From Negaprion brevirostris (Eukaryota): a DNA stretch of 63,764 nucleotides. Below are positions 28,101 through 40,100 of this stretch, piece after piece. The position numbers were made by a program, and so were the translations under genes. Position 1 is the stretch's first letter. The number at the start of each line of letters is the position of its first letter. The notes below the pieces were generated by a model, which was given only the letters and a program-made list of their open reading frames with translations, was not told where the DNA came from and did not search any database. Where the stretch lies: contig JARDVH010000193.1 in assembly GCA_030324005.1 (NCBI GenBank), positions 43,881,328-43,945,091 of the forward strand. The letters run 5' to 3'.

Positions 28101-31100
28101 CTGAACAGGTCCCACCTACCCCAATACTGATGCCATATTAGAGGGGACTTCTTCACACGGAGAGTGGTGGGAGTATGGAGTGAGCTGCCAGATGAAGTGA
28201 TAAATGCAGGCTCATTTTTAACATTTAAGAAAATCTTGGACAGGTACACGGATGAGAGGGGTGTGGAGGGATGTGATCCAGGTGCAGGTCAGTGGAACTA
28301 TGCAGAAAAATTGTTTGGTACAGCCAAGAAGGACCAAAAGGCCTATTTCTGTGCTGTAGTGTTTTTATGGTTCTATATCTGTGCCCCTTCCATTCGGGCC
28401 GCGTTTGTGCATCTTTGATTTTAATTATCCCACCATTACCCACTACCTGAAGCAGGCTTGGCCGAAGTGGCTTCTGCCTCCTTCTTTTGCTCTCAAAGGA
28501 ATGATATCAGAGGTCATTTGACATGGGTCACATGATTATGGCAAACCACAGTACACACCAGGCAACTGTGCACAAAGGCATTTCTCCAAACATTCCCCAG
28601 TTTATAAAAAGAGGAAAAATCACAAGGTACTTGTAGTTGCAAGTTACACACATACATGGTCTATGAAGAAAGTTATCACATGCAAATAAAATTGTTCATT
28701 CCTAGCCTGTTTCACTTTCATCTGTCTCTACACATGCACTGCACACAATCTTTAAAGTGTTCAGGTCTTTAATGGTAGCCATGCAAGTTTTTATTGTTGT
28801 TTGTCTGGTGTCTACTGGTTCCTGGGTGACTTCACCTTTCAAGGAAATGTTACTGTCAGTGAGTATTGCTGCTCATCTGCTGTTTGTACTTCAAAGATGA
28901 TATCGCTCCAAATAAAGTAACATTCTTTTGTAGATGCTTTGGAGCAGATAAATGCAGTTTAATAAAGATGTTTTGAAGTGGTTTGTGGTCAGGCTCAACC
29001 TTTACTTTCTTTTTTCCAAATAGAAAGATTAAAATGATTGCTCACAAGCAAAGACAATAGCCAGGCAAGGCATTCTTCTTGATCTCTGTGTAGCATTGTT
29101 CAGTTTGTGTTAATGCTCTGGATGCAAATGCAACTGATTGTCCTTGATGCACGAGGGTTGCTTCAAGTCCTGTTGTAATGGCATCACACTGCAGTGTGCC
29201 TTTGTCTTTGACATCGTAGTACCTTAGCACTTGCCTTGTCGTCACTAGGTGTTTGATGCAAGTGACGTCTGCTTCCTTGTCCTGTGCCCTAGGAACACTG
29301 ATCATTCTTTGCAGTGAACTTGCAGAGTTGCACACTCTAACATGAACAGGCAAGATAGGTTGGTAGTTCACAAATCCTACAAATCATTGAACTGCCTTCA
29401 CATGTTGATTGCTGCATTTCAGCTACACCCTTGAAAAGGTGGTGGTGAACTGCCTCCTTGAACCGCTGCAGCCTAAGTGGTGTTGGTACACCCACAGTAC
29501 TCTACAGAGGGAATTTCATGATTTTGACCCAGCGGTAGTGTGGGAATGGTGATATATTTCCAAGTCAGAATGCTGAGTTGCTTGGAGGGGAATTTCCAGG
29601 TGGTGGTGTTCCCATGTATGTGCTTTGATTTTGTTTCTTCTGAAATGAGAGGTTTTGCTCATTGTCTATGATCTAGAACTGGAGATCTCCTTTCCTCCCC
29701 TTGCATTGGGCTCTTGGCCTAGTTTACACTCTCGGGGTAGCATTGTTCTAACATGAAGCCTGAACTTTACCTCAAATGGTTTCATATTCCTGTAACCATC
29801 TTGACCAACTTCACATACGTCTACAATGCTTATGATGTTGCATGAAGCACTGGTTCTTTCACCTTGCGTTAACTTGATGCTGTCCTGAAGTTGGCATTCC
29901 AATGGTTACAAACCATTTTTTACCTGGAGACTTGAAGGTGCCACCTTTTCTAGGGTCTAGGGTGATTCATCAGAAACGGTGTCTGACGTCTCTCTAGCAA
30001 CCATCTTTATACGCTTGCTCTTCTTCCCAGCAAAACACTTGCCTGTAAACTGATTCAGTTCCTTGCAGTTGGAACACTGCATTCCCCACGGTGGACATGC
30101 TTCCTTTTTTAATGTGGTGACCACTGCAATATTTACATCCAGTACACTGGCCTTGATCTTTCTACAGGCCCATCTGAAAATAATGCTCCTTTTCTTGTGA
30201 TTGGAGGCCTCATCTTCCTCTCTGCACACTGTAAATACTGTTTATTTAATGAATAATCACTTAAGATCTGCGTATGTCAGTAGCTTTCTTGAGAGTATGT
30301 TTCTCTCCTGTCAACAGATATTGCCACATGGGGGACAGGGGGCCTTGTTCCCAAGACAGGCTTATCTTTGATCATTCTTCAGTTATTCAAACTCAAGACC
30401 CAGTTATTCATCATGCAATCATACACTGATCAATACTCATCTGTCTCCCAGAGCACTGGTATTGAATGCGCAGCATTTATAAATAACATCAATAGAGGGT
30501 TCAAATTGAGTCTTCAAGGCCTCCAATATTTCACAAGACTGGCCTTTCTGATCCACTGATCCTGGAGGTGCTGTGGGATACAATACAGCTCATAATGTTC
30601 TTTGACTCACTTGCTTGCTCACTCACTCACTCACTTCTTGGCAATTTCATTATTCTGTTATTGTGTTGAGAATTTTCAATTAATTTTCAAATCCCATCTC
30701 CATTGGAATCCAACGTCCTGTACAAAATTGCAGCCTGAAATTTGAATTATTCTTTTATTTTTTATGACAGCTGGCCCTTTTTCAGTGATCAAGATCCACT
30801 CAGTTTCAGCAACACACTCCTGACACCATGTTCCATGTGGTGGACAAAATGATTTTGGCTTGAATCTTTTACACTCAAAGGAATGATATCAGGGGTCAAA
30901 GGACTCTGGTCATATGACTATGTTAAGCCACAGTACAGAACAGGCAGCCATGGACTTCACGGCTTCTCCAAAGAATGCCTTCAGATGCCTAGGTTACATA
31001 CTCTGGGATTCACTCCCGTGCTCCTTCAGTGACACATCGACCTGCTTCAGATATTTGAGCTGTGCTCTAATTCATGATCTGACTGAAACATGATTTTGCA

Positions 31101-34100
31101 CCATTTACTTTTGTCGCAGAGAACAGTTTTAGAGAGTCTATTTCCTGATTAGTTCTGAGCAACCATTTTAAAACCAAATATAAGAGAAGGCTGAGCAGAG
31201 CCAGTCAACTTACAAATATGGGTAGCAGAATGGTTAGCACTTCTTCCTCACAGTGCCAGGGACCCAGGTTCGATCCCCGGCTTGGGTCATTGTCTCTGTG
31301 CAGTTTGTACATTCTCCCCATGTTTATGTGGCTTTCCTCCGGATGCTTTGGTTTCCTTCCACAGTCTAAAAGACGTGTTAGTTAGGTGCATTGACCGTGC
31401 CCAATTCTCCCTCTGTTTACTCTCACAGGCGCCAAATTGTGGCGATTAGGGAATTTTCACTGTAACTTTGTTGCGGTCTTAATGTAAGTCTACTTATGAC
31501 GCTAATAAATAAACTTTAAAAAACTTCAGAACTTTAAAACTTTAACTTAATAAAAACGCTTTCTAAAGTGAAGAATTATGTGAAAGCTCCAATAATTGTA
31601 GTTTCCAGAATGCTGCCCTATATTATGTGAAGTTCTGTGTCGTGGAAAGATTTATTTGTTAGTTTGTACCAAGCCTCTACAATAGAGGCAGCACAATGCC
31701 AACTCAAAAAAGATTCATTAAGTGGTATGTTCCAATGAACTATATGACGATACATGTGCCAGTGAGAGCTCTTTCATCCAGGCAATGTGTGTCCATTAAC
31801 CTTTGTCACTAACTACGAAGAGTCTGTTGTAGATGCTGTTGGGGGGGCAGTACCCAGTGCAACAATCTCTGTGTCATAAAAACTCTACTACATTTAATGT
31901 TTCTCTTTTTAGATAAGAAATTGGAACTCTTTAAAATCTCTAAATCTAGTCTATTGCAAGCTGTGTGATTTGGTCAGTAAAAACATGGCTAGAGATTTGA
32001 TTTGATTTATTATTGTCATGTATTAACATACAGTGAAAAGTATTGTTTCTTGCACGCTATACAGACAAAACATACTGTTCATAGAGAAGGAAACGAGAGA
32101 GTGCAGAATGTAGTGTTACAGTCATAGCTTGGATGTCGAGGAATGTAATGCAAGGTAAGTCCATTCAAAAGTCTGATGACAAAACCCATGCAGACACGGG
32201 GAGAACATGCAGACTCTGCACAGGTAGTGACCCAAGTCGGGAACTGGGTTCCCAACGCGGTGAGGCAGTCGTGCCACTGTTGCCGTCCAAGAGATTTATT
32301 TGCTTGAGAAGAAACAGACGTGGAACTGAGAGGGGAGTGTCAGAAGAACATGACTGCTTTCAAAATAAAAAAGGGGAAACAAGCGACATTATAATTTTCC
32401 CCTGCTGAGTAGATCCCTTGGACTCCAACGTAATAGATTAGCAGACAACTTGAGATTAAATCACGGCGGCTTATCTGAGCTGCATCAGCATTGATGGTGA
32501 AGTGGAGAGAAATTGCCACCACAATTAACTGGAAAACCAAAAAACAAACTGATTTCTTTCCTTTTTTAAAAGAGCACAGTGCATTCATAAAAAAATGGAA
32601 TTAGTGTCATTTGAGCCTGCAAAAAAAAGACACAGCTATTGATTTACAGTGTTCGACATTTATGGAACCAGTGGTATTTCTTTAAAGAAAATGTGGTTCA
32701 ATAAAACCTCAAAGTTGTACATCTTGTTCAACATCTTCAGTTAACCTATATTAATTTCCAGCAAGCTCGGCAAAACTTAGCCAAAAGAGAAAGTATTCCT
32801 TTCCCCGAAGGATCCATCCGTGAATCATATTTTCAGCTTTCTCAGGTGAACTTGCTAATGTCTTCTCACTCAAAGTAGAGCAAGCTGGAAATAAGTCTAA
32901 GTTTTTGAAGTTTATTTATTATTGTCACAAGTAGGCTTATAATAACTTCATTGTAATGAAGTTACTGTGAAAATCCACTCGCGGCCTGTTTAGATGCGCT
33001 GAGGGAGAACTTAGCACGGCCAATGCACCTAACCAGCATGCCTTTCGGACTGTGGGAGGAAACCAAAGCACTGGGAGGAAACCCAAGCAGACACGGGGAG
33101 AACGTGCAAACTGCTCACAGACTGTAACCCGAGACTGGAATTGAACCCGGGTCCCTGGCGATGTGAGGCAGCAGTGCTGATCACTCTGTTACCGTGCCAC
33201 CCATGAAAGCCCTCACCAAAACATGAACTGATCTTGTTCAGATGCTAACTGGAGTGCAAAGTATAGGCTCCATTAACCAGAAATGTGGTGACAGATTGAT
33301 TCGTGCCCAGCCCCAGAAAGACGAGACCTTGAATCTGGACAACTCTGAAGCTGAGGTTTTGGTGATTTTGTTTCCAACAATCAATAGTCAGTGTGAATCA
33401 AGGCATTTCTGCCCAAACGCTCACTTCACATCGGCCTGTCCCAGTGGATGGATAGCTGAAGATTTTGCTCTTAGGTGACCCAAGCCGGGAATCGAACCGG
33501 GATCCCTGGTGCTGTGAGAGAGCGGTGCTAACCGCTGTGCCACTGCACCACTCCTTAAAATAAGCAGCCTCCCAAAGCCACTCCTGGAATGTTCTTTGAG
33601 AACAAAAAGCCAAGGCTTCTCCTTGGAATGTAAATGCACCGCTTTGTTTTACAAATCTGCCAGTAGTATTGTTCCTTTGAGGTGCAGACTGTTTTAGAAA
33701 TGACTGAACTGATTTTGTTTGGCTGAAAGTGGAACCCCTGTTAAGGCCAGTACCAGTTTTTTCCAGGCTTTCCATTTGGGTTGTTGGAAGTGGGGCAGAG
33801 GATCCTGCCATCTTCTACTTCACAGGTGGCAAAAGTGGCTCCGGGGCACAACCCGTACCTCTAAGCTGTGGATTCAAGTCTTACTCCAGTGATAAGTACA
33901 GTGGTTAGCACTGCTGTCCCACATTGCCAGGGACCCGGGTTCGATTCCAGCCTTGAGCCACTGTCTGTGCGGAGTTTGTGTGTTCTCCCCGTATCTGCGT
34001 GGGCTCCCTCCAGGGGCTCTGGGCCAGTGGGTTGATGAATGGCAGATGGAGTTTAATTTAGACAAATGCAAGGTAATGCATTTTGGTAGATTGAACCAGG

Positions 34101-37100
34101 GCAGGACTCACTCAGTTAATGGTAGGNNNNNNNNNNNNNNNNNNNNNNNNNNNNNNNNNNNNNNNNNNNNNNNNNNNNNNNNNNNNNNNNNNNNNNNNNN
34201 NNNNNNNNNNNNNNNNNNNNNNNNNNGTCTTGACATGGTGGGGGCCAGGACAGATTGTTGGTGATGTAGATACCTAAAAACTTGGAGCTCTCGACCCTTT
34301 CTACTTTGTTCCTGTTGATGTAGACAGGGGCATATTCTCCTCTACGCTTCCTGAAGTCGGAGCAAAATAGATCAAATTTTCTGCCCCTATCACAATTCTG
34401 ATGCCCAGCACTAGACAGTGCACATCAATGACAGTGGTTGCATTTATGTAGTATCCTGTATGTCTTTGGGCTATCTGAAAATACTTCACAGGTAAATAAT
34501 TGATTTTTCCATGTTATGTAAGGTGAATGTGGTAACCAGATTGTGCATAGTGAAATCTCTGATACTGAAATGAGCTAACTGACTGGTTTTTCCAGTTTGT
34601 TAGTGTTGGATTGTTGTAAATCATGGCCAGGGTGCTGAGTGAACTCCTCTATCCTCTTCTGAATACCACAGTGGAATTTTGGTCATCCACCAGAGTAGGC
34701 AGACAAGGCTATGGTCCAATGTTGCATCCAGAACTCTGCATCTCGGGTAGTACCACAGTCTCTCAGTTTAAAATGTGCTGTCAGCTGCTTTGATTCTGTT
34801 CGAGTCTCATATAAACAAGAAGGAAGGAATCGGCTATGGCTTGTAAGGTTCCCTTGTGGGAATCGCCAGTCGTCACTTACTGTCTAGACATGCACATGAA
34901 GAATGTCCACTTTTGACAAGGAATTGTGAAGTACCTGGTGGTGTTAGAGCTGAATTTCCATCAATCAGTGCCTTCAGAAGAGGAGGGTGTTAAATTGTGG
35001 GCCAGAGGCAAAAGATCAGCCCTGTTATACGAGCATCATTGTTATTAGAATACTTCGTACCTCAGCTGTGGATCTCATGAATTGACATTCAAGTTAACTC
35101 TGGCCAAACAAACCTCAAATATGTTGCTCAATCGTTTATCAAAGAAATGTGTAAAATTTAATAGACCTTTTGTAGGTTCCTGAGAAACTCATGTTTCTAA
35201 AGTATATGGGTAATTTTGCTTAAAATAAATAAAAAGTAGTGCATTAATAGTAGGCTCCTAGATATAAAAGCCTCCTTGAACCTGGATTTGAAGACCTATG
35301 CACTACGTTGTCTGCTTAATAAAGTCCGAATGTGGCTGCGTCCACAGCATCATTCTGGCCGAGTAGATGACTGGTTTATTTTTGTTGCAGATTGATGAGC
35401 TTTATGAATCTTACTGCATCCAGCGAAGATTACGAGATGGCGCAAACAACATGGTGCGGGCCTATTCTGTGTCTCAAACCAGCAAAGAAGCAAGGGAAAG
35501 CTTAGCTGAAGCCAACAAGGGCTACAAAGAATATACAGAGGTAAAGCTGGGAACTGAAAGATTGTAACTGGGAAATAAGAAAATGATACTGAGCTTGGTG
35601 GTTGAATCTTTTGAAGCATAAGTGCAATAGCATTTCCTTGATACTGTGATGTTGAAAGTCATTACATATTGTGTTATTGAAATGTACAGCTTAGGACTGG
35701 CCCTGCTTCTGTACTGTTAGCTGATAATGGTGACTACACTTCAAAGCTAATGACAAAGCTTTTAAACTAGTTTTTGGGATGTACTGAGATCATGTACGAA
35801 AGAAATGCAAACTATTTTTACAGCTATTCTAAATTTCATGTTGCTAATTTAATTCTGTATCCTCTAGCCTACCTTCTTGAAATTGTTTCCCTTATTGATA
35901 CCATTTAGTATTGTCTTTATTTCTAAGAGATTTTCAACTTTCACATTTAGAAGCTGAATTTTCTCTTTGATATATTTGCAGGATAAAAAGAAACTTTCTG
36001 CTGCATTGAGTTCAAGTACCCAGCTGAACTGTTTTAACCTGGTTTTGCTTTAGTCCATATATACATACATGCACAAATGGCCACGAGAGTGCTATTTTGT
36101 TCATTGCTCATCTCCTTTCCATTGGGGATCAGTACTGTTTTCGCACTGTTTTCTCTAATAAAGGCAAAATAATGTGGGTACTGGAAATATGAAGTAAAAA
36201 TGTTTTAAAGTTTCAAGTCGAAGTTCTGTCAGCATCTGTGGAGAGAGAAAAATGGGGTTGATGTTTCAAGTCAAATATGACTCTTTTTGAGAACTGGAAG
36301 TTCCAGTTCTGAAGAGCTATCACTTGAAACATTAGATCTATTCCTCAGTCCATTGACGCTGCCAGGCCTTCTGAGTATTTCCAGCACTGTCTGTTTTTAT
36401 CTGTCTTNNNNNNNNNNNNNNNNNNNNNNNNNNNNNNNNNNNNNNNNNNNNNNNNNNNNNNNNNNNNNNNNNNNNNNNNNNNNNNNNNNNNNNNNNNNNN
36501 NNNNNNNTCTGAGTATTTCCAGCACTTTCTGTTTTTATCTGTCTTCTCTGATACTTGTAAATCTTGCACCATTGGTAATCAAAACTGAACTTAGTTAAAG
36601 TGTGGTCTGACTGGTACATTTTAACTTTTGTTAATTTTTAAAACAAAAGAATAAACTTGCATCGATATAGCACTTTTGCAATCTTTGCAAAGGAATTTAG
36701 AAGTGTAGTCAATGAAGGTATTGTAACTAATTGTACACAGCTAGTTCCCAAAACAGCAATGAAATAAATGACCAGTTTATGTTTTAGTCATGTTGGTTAA
36801 GGGATGAATATTAACTGTGAAAGCACGAGTGGTAATATCACTGGATAAGCAATTTAGAAACTCAGGGGAATGACCTGGGGGCCTGGGTTCAAATCCCACC
36901 ATTGCAGATGGTGAAATTTGAATTCAACAAAAATCTGGAATTAAAGTTTAACCATGAAACCATTGCTGATTTTTTTTTTAATATATATATGTATAAAAAC
37001 TGGTTCACTAATATCCTTTAGGGAAGGAAATCTGCTTCCCTTAATTGATCTGGCCTACACGTGACTCCAGATCCATAGCAATGTGGTTGATTCTTAAATG

Positions 37101-40100
37101 TCCCCTTAACAAGGGCAGCTAGGAATGGGCAAGAAATGCAGGCCCAGCCAATGACACCCACGTCCCGTGATGAATGAAAAAAAAATTCCCTGTTATTTCA
37201 AACCAGTGCTGTGGGATCATCAGTGCCCACCTGAGAGGGCAAACAGCAGGATTCCACCTAATTTTAGTTTGCTTGACTGCAGAGTTTTTTTAAGTTTGCT
37301 GTGCTCCTCCACAGTTTAGAACAATGTTGACAGGGCTATAGTTTAACATGACATGCAAAAGATGGCAGTTCCACTACTACAGCACTCCCTCTTATTATAC
37401 ATTGGAAATTATGTTCCTGGAGTGTGTCACTGAATCCCAACACCTACAGAGGATGGGATTGTGAACCCATTCACCACCAATTAATGACCCAAGGAGAGCT
37501 AAGTGGTGATTTTCAAATTGGAAGTTCCCAAACCTGAACAGTCTGGGTGCATGTTAGTTCACAGCTGTCAAGCTTAATGTAGAGAGCTGCGAAGTTTTTG
37601 TTCAGACTCGAACTATTTTTGCCATCAGTGNNNNNNNNNNNNNNNNNNNNNNNNNNNNNNNNNNNNNNNNNNNNNNNNNNNNNNNNNNNNNNNNNNNNNN
37701 NNNNNNNNNNNNNNNNNNNNNNNNNNNNNNTGGTTTTGCTGCAAGATTCGATGCAGTATCGTTTAGTTGGCCATTTAATGCAACCTCTGAGCACTAAGGC
37801 TTCTGGTCCTCCGAATTTCTCTGTCCTGTGCATTACAGGCAGTTCATCACCACCACCTCGAGGGATGGGCAATAAATGCTGACCAGCTAGCGAAGCCCAT
37901 GTCCCACAAATGAATGAAAAAAAGATCTGTCATGGCTGCCATCTACTCTCGACACTTCTGATCCAACAGGCATCACCCACCTCCACACAGAGCTTAGTGC
38001 CAGTAATTGAGCAACAATTGGCCTGCTGCCCAGTGATTTGTAGATCATTTGTAGATCGCAATGCCTGAGATGCGAAGATATAATGTGGTCTCAGGATCTA
38101 GAAATAATCTGGACTTTGGATTCCCAGGCCTGAATTGAAAATCAAATCTGAGGTGTGCAACGTCTTAATTTATTGGCTTTGTTGTTAACATTGAAATCCA
38201 AATATTCTATATTGGACCAAAGTGAAAAGGCCCCTTTCTTTTACCCAGAGTATGTGCACAATGGAGAGTGAGCTGGAGAACCAGTTAGGAGAATTCCATG
38301 TCAAAATGAAAGGTGAGTAACATTCTTTGCAAGACTTTAATCTTTTTAAGATCCTGAGATTGGTGGGGTGATCTGTCAGGATTGGAATCTCCTCGCTGTT
38401 TGAACAATCCTTCCCCTCCTTAAGGAATTGTTGTTCAAAGTTAATTTAGTTTTATAATGGGTGATCTTTCATGTTATGCTTTCAGGTGTTTCACACATGT
38501 ATTTATATAATTATCATCTGATGAGTTTATTTTGATTTTATATGAGACAGCTTGATTTAAATGTTTTTGAATTACTGCAATTATTATAGGCAAGTTTAAA
38601 GTTGCTTGAACATGAAGAATGCATTTATTTGACTTAGTTCTGGTACATGCCAAATGATATGAGATTAATAATTGCGATGCTGAATATGGGATTATAAACC
38701 AATTTGTGAGTCTTGTTGCTGTTGTGTCGACTAATGTGTCCTGAAACCAGATCTTAGGGGAATAGGGAAGACTTTGTGGACCACTAAAAATGGCAGGAGG
38801 GACCTAGATCTAGAAGTCCGGCCCCGTTTCTGACATCCAATTTTTGCCAGCAGAGCAGGGTGCGATTCAGCTAGAAGGGAAACCTGAACTCAGTAGGACA
38901 ATTTGAATTTAGTTCAAACAGATCCCATTTGGCTGTTTGTAAGGGCCTTGACCTGCAGTGTGTCACAAATCGATGGCGTGGGCATAAAAACTCCAGATGA
39001 AATATGAAAATCATCAAGATGTGATGATTTTTAAATCCCTTACTTTTCAAAGTCTAAGCAAAGCGTGCTGCGGTTTCATGCACTGTGTTTAAAAAAAAAC
39101 TCCTGATGGACTGCTGTGGGAGTAGGTGGATTTGCCATGCTAGGTTGCCTCTTAGTGTTCCAAAATGTGGCGATCAGGGGGATTAGTGGGGTAAATGCTT
39201 GGGGTTACAGGAATAGCACAGAGATTGGGCCTGGGTAGGATCTCTGTTGGAGAATTAGTGCAGACTCAATGGGCCGAATGGCCTCCTCTTGCACTGTAGG
39301 GATTCTATAAGTGACAAGCCATCTGTTGCAGGTTAGGAAAAAAACAGTAGCATCTAGTCATGCAGTATCAGTGAAGTTCTGTGTTGACATTTCCTCGAGG
39401 GCTATTATTATGTCATTATGATTACTTGGTTGAACTTCAAAATCTACAAGTTGTTCATTGGGGGTTTAGAGTTCACGGTTTGACAGTTTAAAGAGGCTAT
39501 TAAAGGATTAGTAGTCTTTGATGTGGGCCTTGAATAGAAGAATAGATGTTTGTTTTTATAAGAGATTAACTGTTTGAAATTTAAGATCTTTGGGTTTTAT
39601 GAATGAGTTTTTTCTCACTATTAAGTGTGCAAAAGTAAGAGCTGCATTAGAATTTTTTTTATCTCCACATGGTGGCACAGTGGTTAGCACTACTGCCTCA
39701 CAGCGCAGGCGTCCAGTTAAGAACTCCAGCCTTTAGTAACTCTGACTGTCGGTGTGGAGTTTGCATGTTCTCCCCATGTCTGCATGGGTTTCATCCGGGT
39801 GCTCTGGTTTCCTCCCACACTCCAGGTTAGGTTGATTTGGCCATGCTAAATTGCCCCTTAATGACAGGGGGATTAGCAGGGTAAATACATGGGGTTATGG
39901 ATATAGGGCATGGGTGGGATTGTTGTTGGTGCAGACTCGATGGGCTAAATGGCCTCCTCTGCACGTAGGGATTCTGTAATAGTGCCTGAGGTCTGCCCAT
40001 GGTGGATAACAGTGAGTAGCTATGAAAGTGGTATGAAAATGCATGGGAGTGGTTGGGGGAGTGGAGGTTATGAGGGCTATGTGGGGTGAGTGCGCATGGA

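Noticed and set aside
33475-33551. Possible tRNA gene (A and B boxes)
   Set aside because: It matches the SINE head seen in many copies here, with no acceptor stem or poly-T terminator.
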